Of a DNA stretch of 64,000 bases, positions 54,701-63,519 are shown piece by piece (the stretch's first letter is position 1; each line of letters begins with the position of its first letter). The notes below the pieces were generated by a model that saw only the letters and a program-made list of their open reading frames with translations, had not been told where the DNA came from and searched no databases. The DNA lies in the NCBI GenBank assembly GCA_021107435.1, contig JAIOSV010000060.1, positions 9,824 through 73,823 of the forward strand. Direction: 5' to 3'. A program made the position numbers and the translations under genes. This stretch comes from Candidatus Sabulitectum sp. Its GTDB lineage: Bacteria; Fermentibacterota; Fermentibacteria; Fermentibacterales; JCC-6.

Positions 54701-54922
54701 GCGAAAAAGCTTGACTGGAACAGATCAACTGAATCCTTTGATAAATCCGCAGACATTTTCAAAAAACTTGATAACAACTATGACCTCGCGATCACGCTTT
54801 TTTATAAAGGGCAGATGCATAAAGAGTCCGGTAACAAAGTCGAATCAGATGAATGTTACGCAAAAGCGAAAAGGATTTTTACCAGCATTTCGGCAAACGG
54901 ATGGCTAAAACGCCTGGGATAA
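51710..54922 (+). CDS. GGDEF diguanylate cyclase - STAND/AAA ATPase - TPR multidomain protein
   Basis: DDLTGLYNRRFL...RGND(5 aa)GGDEF (I-site and A-site both intact). P-loop ISGEIGVGKSRLAGE. Long helical arm, then at least 8 TPR units (ALDNCGLSYWHLGRYHEAVKYY..., LNNIGAACWNLGEYNRAMDYF...). An alternative ATG lies at 51722. Confidence 0.85.
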   Translation: MRSNMNDVKREYIDDLTGLYNRRFLSIKAQEYFRTDNMKTSPASILLIDLDHFKNVNDTYGHSMGDTVLKEFSSLLEELVRGNDLVFRYGGDEFICILPRTAYEHAERISHRFIEKCRLKEFSRVRLTMSIGIASFPHEANEWKDLFDLADQRLYSAKRHGRDRIGVPISEMRSLVIPTREIVGRSIELSKVASSVELSSDIHGRVFCISGEIGVGKSRLAGEIVDMDKFKSLKFLGSILSATTLSIPYFPFRELIRSIVRIDGGLCLSNIPRAYRIELAKIVPELTDSIGESTGEVLFVDKFRLFEGVRRLLEQQVVKNPFIISIDNIHWADEGSLELLHYTIRAFHNSPILFLLIYRIEEADRKCFKRILNDMSREGLYTQITLKPLDIPDVSRMLSLIIDRTPPLELTEYIYKKTGGNPFFIEELMKSLHESGALHWGNDMWKFREDRVDVIPHSIKDVIDRKLDFVSAEARNLIEHAAVIGREFCFSFLLEITDWNEGQLFDLMDEALRTGLLKEYSGERYFFPEDVIREVVYNGMNKARRQRFHLTIAEKQLALHRERGEEAIEDLSLHFYLGGNAEKALEYSISAGDKARESYAYREAVEYYDRAIDSFKTNCTVPNRKNIKCLMNRAVALNVLGESEKAVHELQKVIRQSIKISDRELEIDGLLHLCKPYLDTAEYEKALEKAEEAEKISREINNMKKVADALDNCGLSYWHLGRYHEAVKYYLESLKILEKMGGKSASPATLNNIGAACWNLGEYNRAMDYFKNSLEIAERIGDLKTNAASLNNCGLVHWGFCEYRKALEYFMRSLEISEKTGNRNSAAMNLNNIGKAHELFSEYSKSLEFFNRSLAITRETGDRRTESTILANMGDINRILGKYKTSLEFISDSLVIRHSTGDRRGIMECLMSKGDTLAFMDKFEAAGECYIQSREIAFEIDAVSQIQGIEISILSLDFEENKLEGVEKGIAKILLSQKESVSRSLKASAHQLAGRLYAKKLDWNRSTESFDKSADIFKKLDNNYDLAITLFYKGQMHKESGNKVESDECYAKAKRIFTSISANGWLKRLG

Positions 54923-54977
54923 TAAGCAAGATGATATGAAGCAGCATACGATTGCACTTATGCGCTTCCTGTATGCT

Positions 54978-57900
54978 TTACTTTGTCTTACTCTCGATAG
55001 CTTCACGAACAGCCTTTTGCAGTACCTTCATAACGTATGGTTTTGGTATAAAGCTTATGAGTCCTTTGCCCGCGAAACGCTCTGAAATTTCCTGCCAGCA
55101 GTAACCACTGGACAGAACAACGCGAACGTCTTTCCTGATTCTCTGCATCTCCTGAAGGGCTTCTTCCCCATCCATTCGCGGCATGGTCAGGTCCAGGAGA
55201 ACGCAATCTATTTCGTCGTGTCTGACTCGAAATATCTCAACTGCTTCCTCGCCGTCTACAGCCAGTATCACACTGAGCCCCAGCCGCTCAAGCATGTGCT
55301 TCCCAATTTTGCGTACTGTCTCCTCATCGTCAGCCAGAAGAACAGTACCATGTCCATTCCAGTCCGTCTGCTCGTCATTTACTTTTACGACAACTTTGAT
55401 GGATTTGTCGGAAACTGGCAGAAGAATTCTGAATGTAGTACCTGTTCCAGGTTCACTGTAAACCCTGAGTACTCCTTTGTGCCCTCGCACAATACCCTGA
55501 ACAGCGGACAGTCCCAGTCCGCGTCCGTCAATCTTAGTTGAGAAAAACGGATCGAACAGCCGTTGCTTTGTTGAATTGTCCATTCCGCATCCGGTATCGG
55601 TTACCTCAAGAAAGGCATACATTCCTTCAAGCAGATTCTCGTCTGCATATGTTTCGTGCAGATGGAAATTGTCGTATTGAACAAACCCTGTGGAGATCGA
55701 AATAACACCGTTCATATCACCTATGGCATCCGAAGCATTTGTAATCAGATTCATGATTACCTGTCGAATCTGCGTAGCATCAGCCATGATGATGACAGGA
55801 TCATTTGCGAGTTTATACTTGAGAACCGCTTTCTTTCTGATTGAGACCTCAAGGATGTGGGACATCTCTTGAACAATCTCCGAGAGATTGGTCGACTCAA
55901 TTACAGAATGTCCTTTCCCTGAATAGGCAAGCATCTGGTAGCAGAGTTCAGCAGCCCGACTGGCCGCGGTTTCAATGTCCTGGATATTCTGACGAGCCGG
56001 AGATTCCGCTGGAAGATCGAACAGAGCCAGATCAGCATTACCCAGAATACCGGTAAGAAGATTGTTAAAGTCATGTGCGATACCACCGGCAAGGACTCCG
56101 AGACTCTCAAGTTTCTGAGCGTGCAGAACCTGTCGTTCGAGATTCAACTGCTCCTGCTCGGCACATTTACGTTCAGTGATGTTCGTCATAACTCCCTGGA
56201 GAAACAATGGTGTTCCTTCATCACTTTTAACAATGACAGCCTCATCCCTGAACCAGACAGTATCGCCTGCTTTCGAAATCATACGATACTCGGATAGAAA
56301 CGGTACTCCTGTCTCATGGCAGTTGGCAACCTGCTCCAGTACACGATCGCGATCATCCGGATGCAAATGCTGAGCCCAGTAATCCGGATTATCCTTGTAG
56401 ACCTGCGGTGAAACACCCAGGAATGCTTTAATCTGGGGGCTTATAAAGGTAGTCGTGCTTATCTCGTTAAGAGTGGCGATGTAGGTGACTGCGGGCATTT
56501 GCTCCACAAGAGTTCGATAACGCTTCTCCGCTTTCTGCAATTCCTTTTCAGCCATCTTACGCTCAGTTATATCGCATCCCGTTCCCTGGAACTCGACCAC
56601 CTGCCCATCATCATCCAGAATTGCTCGATTGGTCCACTGGTTCCAGCGGGACTCGCCATCGGGCATAACAATACGGTATTCATGAGTCGCAACAGTATTT
56701 TCTCTTCCAAGAGACGCGAAGTACCCTGTTACAGCCTGATGATATTCTTCCGGGATTAAAGAAAAAAAGCTCTGCCCTAAGAGTTCATCACGACTGCGAT
56801 CAAAGTATCGACAATATGCATCGTTGACAAATGTAAGCGTGCCGTCAGGCAGATTACGACAAATAAGTTCAGTCTGATCCTCAACTATACCGCGATAGCG
56901 CTCCTCGCTCTGGCGCAGAGAGCCCTCTGCACGCCTGCGCCTGAGGACGTTTACAGTCAGGGCGAGAATTGTCGCGGACTGCAGCAGCACAAAGGCCATT
57001 GCCATCCAGAAAAGCGTCTTGTGCTGATAGTACAGCGACACCGGCTCGTTCAGTACAACTCTTCCGTCGGGCAGATCCGCGACTGAGACTCCATACCGCT
57101 GCATCACATCATAATCGAACATGGGAACATTAGGACTTTCAGTAATAACGGGAATATCATCCGGCGATTCTCCGTTCAACACCCTGAGTGCCAGTAGCGC
57201 AGCATGTTCTCCCTGAGCCTTGCCGCTGGTAACAACACCTCCTATAACACCATGCCCCACAAACATATCCCACGCAGTATAAACGGGAACACCACAGTTC
57301 TCTGTTACAAGCATCGTATATTCCCGGTAATTGAACGTTCTTCCGGCCTGATCCCTGTAGAAAGAGAGAAGAAGAACTACTGTTTCATCAGGAAGTTCAT
57401 TAAGAGATTCCGTCAGCTCTTCAGTTGTAAGGTTCAGCAATTCGATGAATTCAATTCTGCCGGCAAATACGGGCACAGTGTTTCTGAAGTTCTCCAGATT
57501 CCAGATGCCTGTAGGTGTACTGTCATTTACCACCGCTACATATCGCGTACCCGGATGCAGTTTCAGCGCCAGTTCAATAGTTCCGGCGATATCCATAGCC
57601 TCTGCAACGCCTGTAATTCCTCCAAAGCTCTCAATCCTTGATTCCGTGTAGCTGTTCAATCCACAAAAAACAACGGGCACACCCGGAAAAAGCAGATCCC
57701 GATGAAGCAATAGAAAATTCAGCGCAGTGTCATCAGTGGTAATTACAAGATCAAAGTGATCTCCTTCATACTTGTCCCGGTACAACTGCTCCAGCAGAGG
57801 AAACATATCCTCGGGCGTGTACACCTTCGTATCCATATACTCGGTATGAATATTCATCTCAAAGTCTGCTTCATCCAGAACAGAATGCAATCCATTCGAA

Positions 57901-58082
57901 ATATTCTCTGTCCATATGAAACCCGGATGATAAGAATGAAGAATCAGAACACAGGGAATGTTGCTTTCATGTACTGCAGGTATCGCAATTGCAGTACTGC
58001 CGGACAACACTGCAATCAACAAAACCGACAGCAATAAAAACAGTCTGCTCTCTGAAAACCGCACTGATCCGGCTGCCATCAA
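54978..58082 (-). CDS. Hybrid sensor histidine kinase: periplasmic solute-binding-like domain - TM - 2 PAS - HisKA - HATPase - REC
   Basis: 1034 aa. Signal/TM segment LFLLLSVLLIAVLSG; a periplasmic domain of about 330 aa; second TM LFWMAMAFVLLQSATILALTV. PAS domains present. H-box IAHDFNNLLTGILG, G-box GRGLGLSAVQ, receiver VLLDLTMPRMDG. Confidence 0.9.
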   Translation of the reverse strand: MMAAGSVRFSESRLFLLLSVLLIAVLSGSTAIAIPAVHESNIPCVLILHSYHPGFIWTENISNGLHSVLDEADFEMNIHTEYMDTKVYTPEDMFPLLEQLYRDKYEGDHFDLVITTDDTALNFLLLHRDLLFPGVPVVFCGLNSYTESRIESFGGITGVAEAMDIAGTIELALKLHPGTRYVAVVNDSTPTGIWNLENFRNTVPVFAGRIEFIELLNLTTEELTESLNELPDETVVLLLSFYRDQAGRTFNYREYTMLVTENCGVPVYTAWDMFVGHGVIGGVVTSGKAQGEHAALLALRVLNGESPDDIPVITESPNVPMFDYDVMQRYGVSVADLPDGRVVLNEPVSLYYQHKTLFWMAMAFVLLQSATILALTVNVLRRRRAEGSLRQSEERYRGIVEDQTELICRNLPDGTLTFVNDAYCRYFDRSRDELLGQSFFSLIPEEYHQAVTGYFASLGRENTVATHEYRIVMPDGESRWNQWTNRAILDDDGQVVEFQGTGCDITERKMAEKELQKAEKRYRTLVEQMPAVTYIATLNEISTTTFISPQIKAFLGVSPQVYKDNPDYWAQHLHPDDRDRVLEQVANCHETGVPFLSEYRMISKAGDTVWFRDEAVIVKSDEGTPLFLQGVMTNITERKCAEQEQLNLERQVLHAQKLESLGVLAGGIAHDFNNLLTGILGNADLALFDLPAESPARQNIQDIETAASRAAELCYQMLAYSGKGHSVIESTNLSEIVQEMSHILEVSIRKKAVLKYKLANDPVIIMADATQIRQVIMNLITNASDAIGDMNGVISISTGFVQYDNFHLHETYADENLLEGMYAFLEVTDTGCGMDNSTKQRLFDPFFSTKIDGRGLGLSAVQGIVRGHKGVLRVYSEPGTGTTFRILLPVSDKSIKVVVKVNDEQTDWNGHGTVLLADDEETVRKIGKHMLERLGLSVILAVDGEEAVEIFRVRHDEIDCVLLDLTMPRMDGEEALQEMQRIRKDVRVVLSSGYCWQEISERFAGKGLISFIPKPYVMKVLQKAVREAIESKTK

Positions 58083-58303
58083 TAAGCCCCCGTGGATGAA
58101 GAAAGATAATGACTGGAAACCAGTGTCTCTCCCTCATGTAAGCCTGACTCTCAGAAACACTCTACCCATTGTACATGTAAAGATATTCGGATATACAGAA
58201 GCATTGTCAAGTACCGAAGATGTCATATGATACAGCAATCTGACATTCATGAACATGGAGAATCAACAGGATCATTTTCGGATAAATCAAGTTACAGATA
58301 ATA

Positions 58304-59221
58304 CTACTGAGGCCAGCGATAGAACTTCACAGGCAATCCAAAGAAGCCATTCTCCTCTATTGTGCATACATGAGGTCCATTAAACCAGCTCTGTATCACC
58401 ATATCCTGCGAGTCCAGAACACCGGAAATACCTCTATCCTCCAGAAAAATGGAAACCTGGGCTCCGAAGTGAAGAATGTCACCGGGACATAAACCTTCCT
58501 CCCCGACGGAAACAGAGCAATCCTGATCATTCCTGAAGATTGCTGCTTCAGTATCTGTATCAGGCTTATAGCTGCCATCCCCAAGGGGTACCAGATAGTC
58601 GGTAATACCACGGGGGCCCAGATACAGGTAGTCGAATCCCTGACGGCGTTTCCCGTAAACAGCCAGCCCGGCACAATCAGTGCCTAACCTGTTATCCGAC
58701 TGCTGGCTGCCGTCTGGAGTTCGCCTTGGAGCCATTATAAAAGGAGTGTTTATCAATTCGTAAAGGTATCCGATGTAAGTGTCATCAGGACGCAGAGATA
58801 TCTGGATTACATCATTAGTATGAAGTGGATTAACCTGATACAAAGTGTCAAGGGTTTCCATCCCTGTTGCAAGGTAGAAAGTTCCCAGCATCGGTACGCC
58901 GTTTTCTCCGGGAATCAGTAAAATTTCCTCAGTGCAATCAGCAAAGGAAACAGCAGTATAAAGCAGTGTATCCACTCCAAGGCCAACCGGTCCCACATCC
59001 TGAAGCATGTTATCATAAAATGCCCGGACGGGAAGCAGGAGTTGCCAGTCAACATCTTCTCCACTGGGACTTATCACAGTGATTGAGGACGGTACAACAA
59101 ATGAGAATTCAGAAGCCCACTGCCGGAAACCAATGTGATGTGATGCGAGCAGGCACAGAAAAGCAACAGACAACTCTGTTACTCCCAGCGCCAACCGGCT
59201 ACAAAAAGCTCTGATACACAA
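58304..59221 (-). CDS. Hypothetical exported protein with an NlpC/P60- or DUF1175-like Cys motif
   Basis: GTDCAGLAVYGKRRQG and GDILHFGAQVSIFLEDRG resemble papain-fold amidase motifs; this is weak. An alternative TTG start at 59173 would remove the 43-nt overlap with the upstream gene. Confidence 0.4.
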   Translation of the reverse strand: MCIRAFCSRLALGVTELSVAFLCLLASHHIGFRQWASEFSFVVPSSITVISPSGEDVDWQLLLPVRAFYDNMLQDVGPVGLGVDTLLYTAVSFADCTEEILLIPGENGVPMLGTFYLATGMETLDTLYQVNPLHTNDVIQISLRPDDTYIGYLYELINTPFIMAPRRTPDGSQQSDNRLGTDCAGLAVYGKRRQGFDYLYLGPRGITDYLVPLGDGSYKPDTDTEAAIFRNDQDCSVSVGEEGLCPGDILHFGAQVSIFLEDRGISGVLDSQDMVIQSWFNGPHVCTIEENGFFGLPVKFYRWPQ

Positions 59222-60474
59222 AGATCTTCACAGGTATCTCCGGGATAAGCATCGTCGAAATGCAGACGGACTCTGTCCGTAATGATACCCGTGCCGCTGT
59301 TGTAGATCGGCTGAACCAGAGGAGAGAGTATTCCCTTCTCAACTTCCACCCACGGAATATCCTCAAGAATTACTGTTTCAGTATACACATCATCCTCTCC
59401 GTATATCTCTACAGTGACCGTTCGCGGTCTGCCGTTGGATGTGTACACAGATTGACTCTTTGTATATCCGCAGATAATTCCCACGAATCCGACAGTCATT
59501 GGTCGGTCCATTTGAAGCTCAATCCACTCTCCACCATACCCAGGAACATCCTCGGCCCAGGCTCTGGACAAATCCCTGTCAATCAGGTTATCCGGTGAGT
59601 AGGTGCTGTTACCGCTTGAAGACAGGTATGAAGATGCAGTAACCGTACACTCTTCAGGATCATCGGACTGCCCCAGGAGGTTCCGGGAATTACCCCAGAT
59701 AGAAACATCATAACTGACTTCCAGGGGAGCAGCAGAAGCCATATTAAAATGGTTTCTGGAGATCACATACTGCGTTTCCTCAATCCACCTGCCTCCCTCG
59801 GGCAGACTCACAGTTCGACCTCCATTGGCAATGAGTTCACTGAAGTCGAATCTGATCTCCAGTTGTTCGACTGTTCCGTCCCCCCAGTATCCTGCGGGAT
59901 CAAGCAGGTAACGGAAGTATCTGTTCTCAAAACCCGGGAAGTAGTTCTTTGTGGTCTCAAAGTCTGAAAACCTTGCTTTAACGCTGTAGCTGACCACAAG
60001 CTCAACAGTATCCGATGGCTGAATCTCAAAGGTAGTGGTAAAGAAAAGCCTGTGGAAATTCTGCTCACTCCCGTAGCTGTTCAGGAAAGTGTCAGTGTTG
60101 AACCCCTGCCTGATCTGGTATTCCAGCAATCTCCCATCCAGTGTAATTTCAAATCGGGGAACCTCTTCATCAACCAGAATACTATGATCCATTCCTGCAG
60201 ATGCAGATAAAGCCAGATCCACAGGAAAGGCATAACCGGTCCTTGTGCCGCCACCTGTGTCATGAAGAATGTATGTGGCTTCCACATCAACATACTTGAA
60301 TCCGGGAGTGATAAGCAGATTTTCTGAGACAAGTTCACCCCCTCTGTAAGATCTGTATATCACATTTCCGGAACCAACTGTGTTTGAAAAATCAACAGGA
60401 CCCCCATTTGCCAATACCGTGGAACTCACACCGGCACACAGTAAAAGAAATGCGCCCCCTTTCGGTAATTTCAT
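59179..60474 (-). CDS. Secreted protein with a C-terminal galactose-binding-like (discoidin-type) domain
   Basis: ATG at 60474, 5 nt after GGAGG. Signal peptide MKLPKGGAFLLLCAGVSSTVLA. C-terminal YSPDNLIDRDLSRAWAEDVPGYGGEWIELQMDRPMTV...NGRPRTVTVEIYG resembles glycan-binding jelly-roll domains. The N-terminal half may be DUF4424-like. Confidence 0.5.
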   Translation of the reverse strand: MKLPKGGAFLLLCAGVSSTVLANGGPVDFSNTVGSGNVIYRSYRGGELVSENLLITPGFKYVDVEATYILHDTGGGTRTGYAFPVDLALSASAGMDHSILVDEEVPRFEITLDGRLLEYQIRQGFNTDTFLNSYGSEQNFHRLFFTTTFEIQPSDTVELVVSYSVKARFSDFETTKNYFPGFENRYFRYLLDPAGYWGDGTVEQLEIRFDFSELIANGGRTVSLPEGGRWIEETQYVISRNHFNMASAAPLEVSYDVSIWGNSRNLLGQSDDPEECTVTASSYLSSSGNSTYSPDNLIDRDLSRAWAEDVPGYGGEWIELQMDRPMTVGFVGIICGYTKSQSVYTSNGRPRTVTVEIYGEDDVYTETVILEDIPWVEVEKGILSPLVQPIYNSGTGIITDRVRLHFDDAYPGDTCEDLCVSELFVAGWRWE

Positions 60475-60668
60475 CGCAACCTCCAGACCCGTTTGTTCAG
60501 GCACCTGCCTTAATTATCTACAGGAAACAACATTACAGAAGGCAACCTCACTCGTCAAGAACACCGTAAACAGCCTTTCCCCCCGTTTGCCGATAATTCT
60601 CGGAATCTGGTGCTTTTGCAATTCCGATTGTATAGTTCATCGAATCAGCAATATGAAAGGCTGGATTT

Positions 60669-61421
60669 ATGAAAAACTACAGGGCTGAAATTTATGGTGA
60701 GCGAATTGCAGACACTTACGACGATTGGTACAGTTCACCAGGGGAATCATCAATCGAATTGTTGAGCGACCTGGCAAACGGCGGTCGTGTACTTGAACTG
60801 GGAATCGGAACAGGTCGTGTCGCTTTACCTTTGAAGGAAAAGGGAATTGACATCCACGGAATTGATGCGTCACCGGCGATGATAGGGAAGCTCCGCGCAA
60901 AGCCGTATGGAAATGACATACCGATCACATTCGGGGATTTCTCGGAAGTGCCCGTTGAAGGCAAATTTGATTTGATCTTTGTTGTCTTCAACACTTTTTT
61001 CTCCCTGACGACTCAGGAAACACAGCTGAAATGTCTTCAGAATGTTGCGAAACACCTGACGATGAAGGGAAAGTTTCTGATTGAAGCTTTCGTTCCGGAT
61101 CCTGGAAGATTTGATCGGGGGCAGAGTGTCCGAGCAACGGAAATAGGCGAGAACCAGGTAAAAATCGATGTATCAAAACACAATCAACTGACGCAGCAGA
61201 TAACCGGCCAGCATGTGCTTCTAACAGATGGAGGTGTGCGTCTTTTTCCTGTAACTATTCGTTACACCTGGCCGTCAGAGCTGGACATGATGGCAAGAGT
61301 CGCGGGCATGAAGCTGATTGACAGATGGGGAGACTGGAATCAGGTTTCTTTTTCATCAGACAGTATCAAGCACATATCGGTTTACAAACCCTTGCAGAAA
61401 CAGACACACAGAAAGGGATGA
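60669..61421 (+). CDS. Class I SAM-dependent methyltransferase
   Basis: Motif I VLELGIGTGRVALPL and post-I HGIDASPAMI; 250 aa. Confidence 0.8.
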   Translation: MKNYRAEIYGERIADTYDDWYSSPGESSIELLSDLANGGRVLELGIGTGRVALPLKEKGIDIHGIDASPAMIGKLRAKPYGNDIPITFGDFSEVPVEGKFDLIFVVFNTFFSLTTQETQLKCLQNVAKHLTMKGKFLIEAFVPDPGRFDRGQSVRATEIGENQVKIDVSKHNQLTQQITGQHVLLTDGGVRLFPVTIRYTWPSELDMMARVAGMKLIDRWGDWNQVSFSSDSIKHISVYKPLQKQTHRKG

Positions 61422-61955
61422 ATGTATTTTCTTAAAGAAATCTTCCGGGAGGATGTTATCAATACAGAGGGAAGAACACTTCACCGGGAGGCCGTACGAG
61501 GAATTATTCTGCAACAGCACACCATCCTGATGATCTATTCCCCCGTGAACGGAGATTACAAATTCCCCGGAGGAGGAGTTGACGAGAATGAAAGCTGTGA
61601 AAAAGCGCTTATACGGGAAGTTCAGGAAGAATGCGGAGCAGTACTTTCCCACATCAGTCAGGAAGTGGGTTGTGTGATTGAGTACAGCATCCCCCGGGAA
61701 ATCAACTATGATGTCTTCAAGATGACATCGCGTTATTTTCTTTGTAACACTGATGATGATTTCCGAGAACAAAATCTGGATCAGTATGAACAGGATTTGG
61801 GATTCCGCCCCGTCCGGGTGGATATTGACACTGCCATTCAAACAAACAACGCTATCCTTGATGCCACAGATCGAAAGATACCACCATGGACAGATCGGGA
61901 AACTCTCGTTCTGAAATACATCAAAGAAAACATCCTTCTGAAAAACTCTATCTGA
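61422..61955 (+). CDS. NUDIX hydrolase
   Basis: Nudix box GGGVDENESCEKALIREVQEECGA. The ATG immediately follows the methyltransferase stop. Confidence 0.82.
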   Translation: MYFLKEIFREDVINTEGRTLHREAVRGIILQQHTILMIYSPVNGDYKFPGGGVDENESCEKALIREVQEECGAVLSHISQEVGCVIEYSIPREINYDVFKMTSRYFLCNTDDDFREQNLDQYEQDLGFRPVRVDIDTAIQTNNAILDATDRKIPPWTDRETLVLKYIKENILLKNSI

Positions 61956-61965
61956 AACCGGCGAT

Positions 61966-63060
61966 TTATCCGGCAGATTCGGCAGCCTGAAGATCTGCAA
62001 GCTGGCACATCATCAGTTCCCCTGTCTTCTCATGCCGCAGATGAAGTCCGTTTCCGCCACACCAGCGCCAGGAACTGCATTCAGCGCACAGGCCCGTCTT
62101 TGCCCAGCTTCGATCCCGCATGACATCAAATCGATTCTCCCAGCACTCCAGAAAATCATCTTTGTAGATATTTCCCTGAATGAAGTCATCGCGAAGACTG
62201 GGACAGGCGGAAATGGAACCGTCAATAAGCACCGATCCTATGTTAATTCCCGCTTTGCAGAACATGAAGTCATCTCGAACTTCCTTCTCATAGTTCCCCA
62301 AAAAGCCGTCACAGCCATAGTTTACTCTGATATCACCGGACTCCCTGGCCGATTTGATGAAATCCAGTGCCTGACGCAACTGGCTGCCGTTCAGGGAAAG
62401 ATCGGGATCAGAAGCACCCCTGCCTCTGGGGAATATGCTTACTATTCTCCAATTTTTTACCCCCATTTTTACAAGCATGTCTTTCATCTGCGGAAGATCT
62501 TGAAGATTACGCTGCGTAAGACAAGTCATAACATCGTATACAGGGATCGAACTTGCTGCCAGATTGGATATTGCTTTAACTGCCCGTTTGAATGAACCTT
62601 GTTTATTCCGGAGCCAGTCATGAGAACCGGCCATGCCGTCCAGACTCACAGTCATAGTGACCATTCCAGCGTTCAACAGAGAATTTAATCGAGCAGATGA
62701 GATATCCCAGCCATTACTTACTATTCCCCATGGAAATCCCCAGCCGGCGATCTGATCACCAACCTGTTCCAGATCACGCCTGAGAGTGGGCTCTCCTCCG
62801 GTGATTGCGATTGTGATATTTCCAGGATCCAGTTTCTTTCGGATATCGTCAAGCACACGAAGAAAATCTTCTGCTGCCATATCGGCCACAGAGGAAGAAG
62901 ACATGCAATCGCTGCCGCAGTGGCCGCAATTCAGATTACAGCGGAGTGTACACTCCCAGAACAGATACCTGAGTTCGTGAATGCTTGTCTGAATGTTCCT
63001 GTGATATCGAAAAAGCTCCAGTTGTGTACGCTTCTTCAGGCCCGGTCGAAGGCATGTCAT
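61966..63060 (-). CDS. Radical SAM enzyme with a C-terminal SPASM-type auxiliary cluster domain
   Basis: CNLNCGHC (CxxxCxxC) at residues ~41-48, GGEPTL, and a C-terminal Cys-rich region FCKAG...SACPSL...GLCAECSSWRWCGG. 364 aa. Confidence 0.85.
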   Translation of the reverse strand: MTCLRPGLKKRTQLELFRYHRNIQTSIHELRYLFWECTLRCNLNCGHCGSDCMSSSSVADMAAEDFLRVLDDIRKKLDPGNITIAITGGEPTLRRDLEQVGDQIAGWGFPWGIVSNGWDISSARLNSLLNAGMVTMTVSLDGMAGSHDWLRNKQGSFKRAVKAISNLAASSIPVYDVMTCLTQRNLQDLPQMKDMLVKMGVKNWRIVSIFPRGRGASDPDLSLNGSQLRQALDFIKSARESGDIRVNYGCDGFLGNYEKEVRDDFMFCKAGINIGSVLIDGSISACPSLRDDFIQGNIYKDDFLECWENRFDVMRDRSWAKTGLCAECSSWRWCGGNGLHLRHEKTGELMMCQLADLQAAESAG

Positions 63061-63063
63061 CGT

Positions 63064-63519
63064 CTACTCGCCTGCGCTTTGAAGGTAAAAATCGACATCA
63101 AAACTAATAAACTCCATATGACTCTCAAGGAAAAGCAGTGTATCCTTACCCTCGAAGAATCCGTTTTCAGTACCATCAATATCAGTGGCTGTCAGTCTAA
63201 CTGAATCGGGCCACGGGAAGTACTCAGATCCCATAAACAGTTCATAGGATCCGTTCCAGATAGTCGTATACTCACTGTAATCGAACGAAGAATCGGGGCT
63301 TGACAGTCTGACCTGAATTCCCTGAACATAACTGCTGTCTTCTGCCGAGCGAATCTGACCATCAATACGCACTTCCACACTGGGAACACCATAATCAGGA
63401 GCCATGCTGCATCCGGAGAGAATTCCCAAAAGACTCAATACTGAAGCAAACAGTTTTCCGAATGATCTGAGGTATACAATCTGTCCTTTTCTTACTGCTT
63501 CATCCACGGACGCGCTCAT
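63064..63519 (-). CDS. Lipoprotein, paralogue 2 (radical-SAM-associated)
   Basis: Lipobox LGILSGC. Shares the blocks YG-P, DSS..GIQ, SPDSS.DYS, YFPWPDSVRL.ATDIDG.ENG.F..KDTLLF with the upstream gene. The start overlaps the upstream stop (TAATG). Confidence 0.75.
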   Translation of the reverse strand: MSASVDEAVRKGQIVYLRSFGKLFASVLSLLGILSGCSMAPDYGVPSVEVRIDGQIRSAEDSSYVQGIQVRLSSPDSSFDYSEYTTIWNGSYELFMGSEYFPWPDSVRLTATDIDGTENGFFEGKDTLLFLESHMEFISFDVDFYLQSAGE

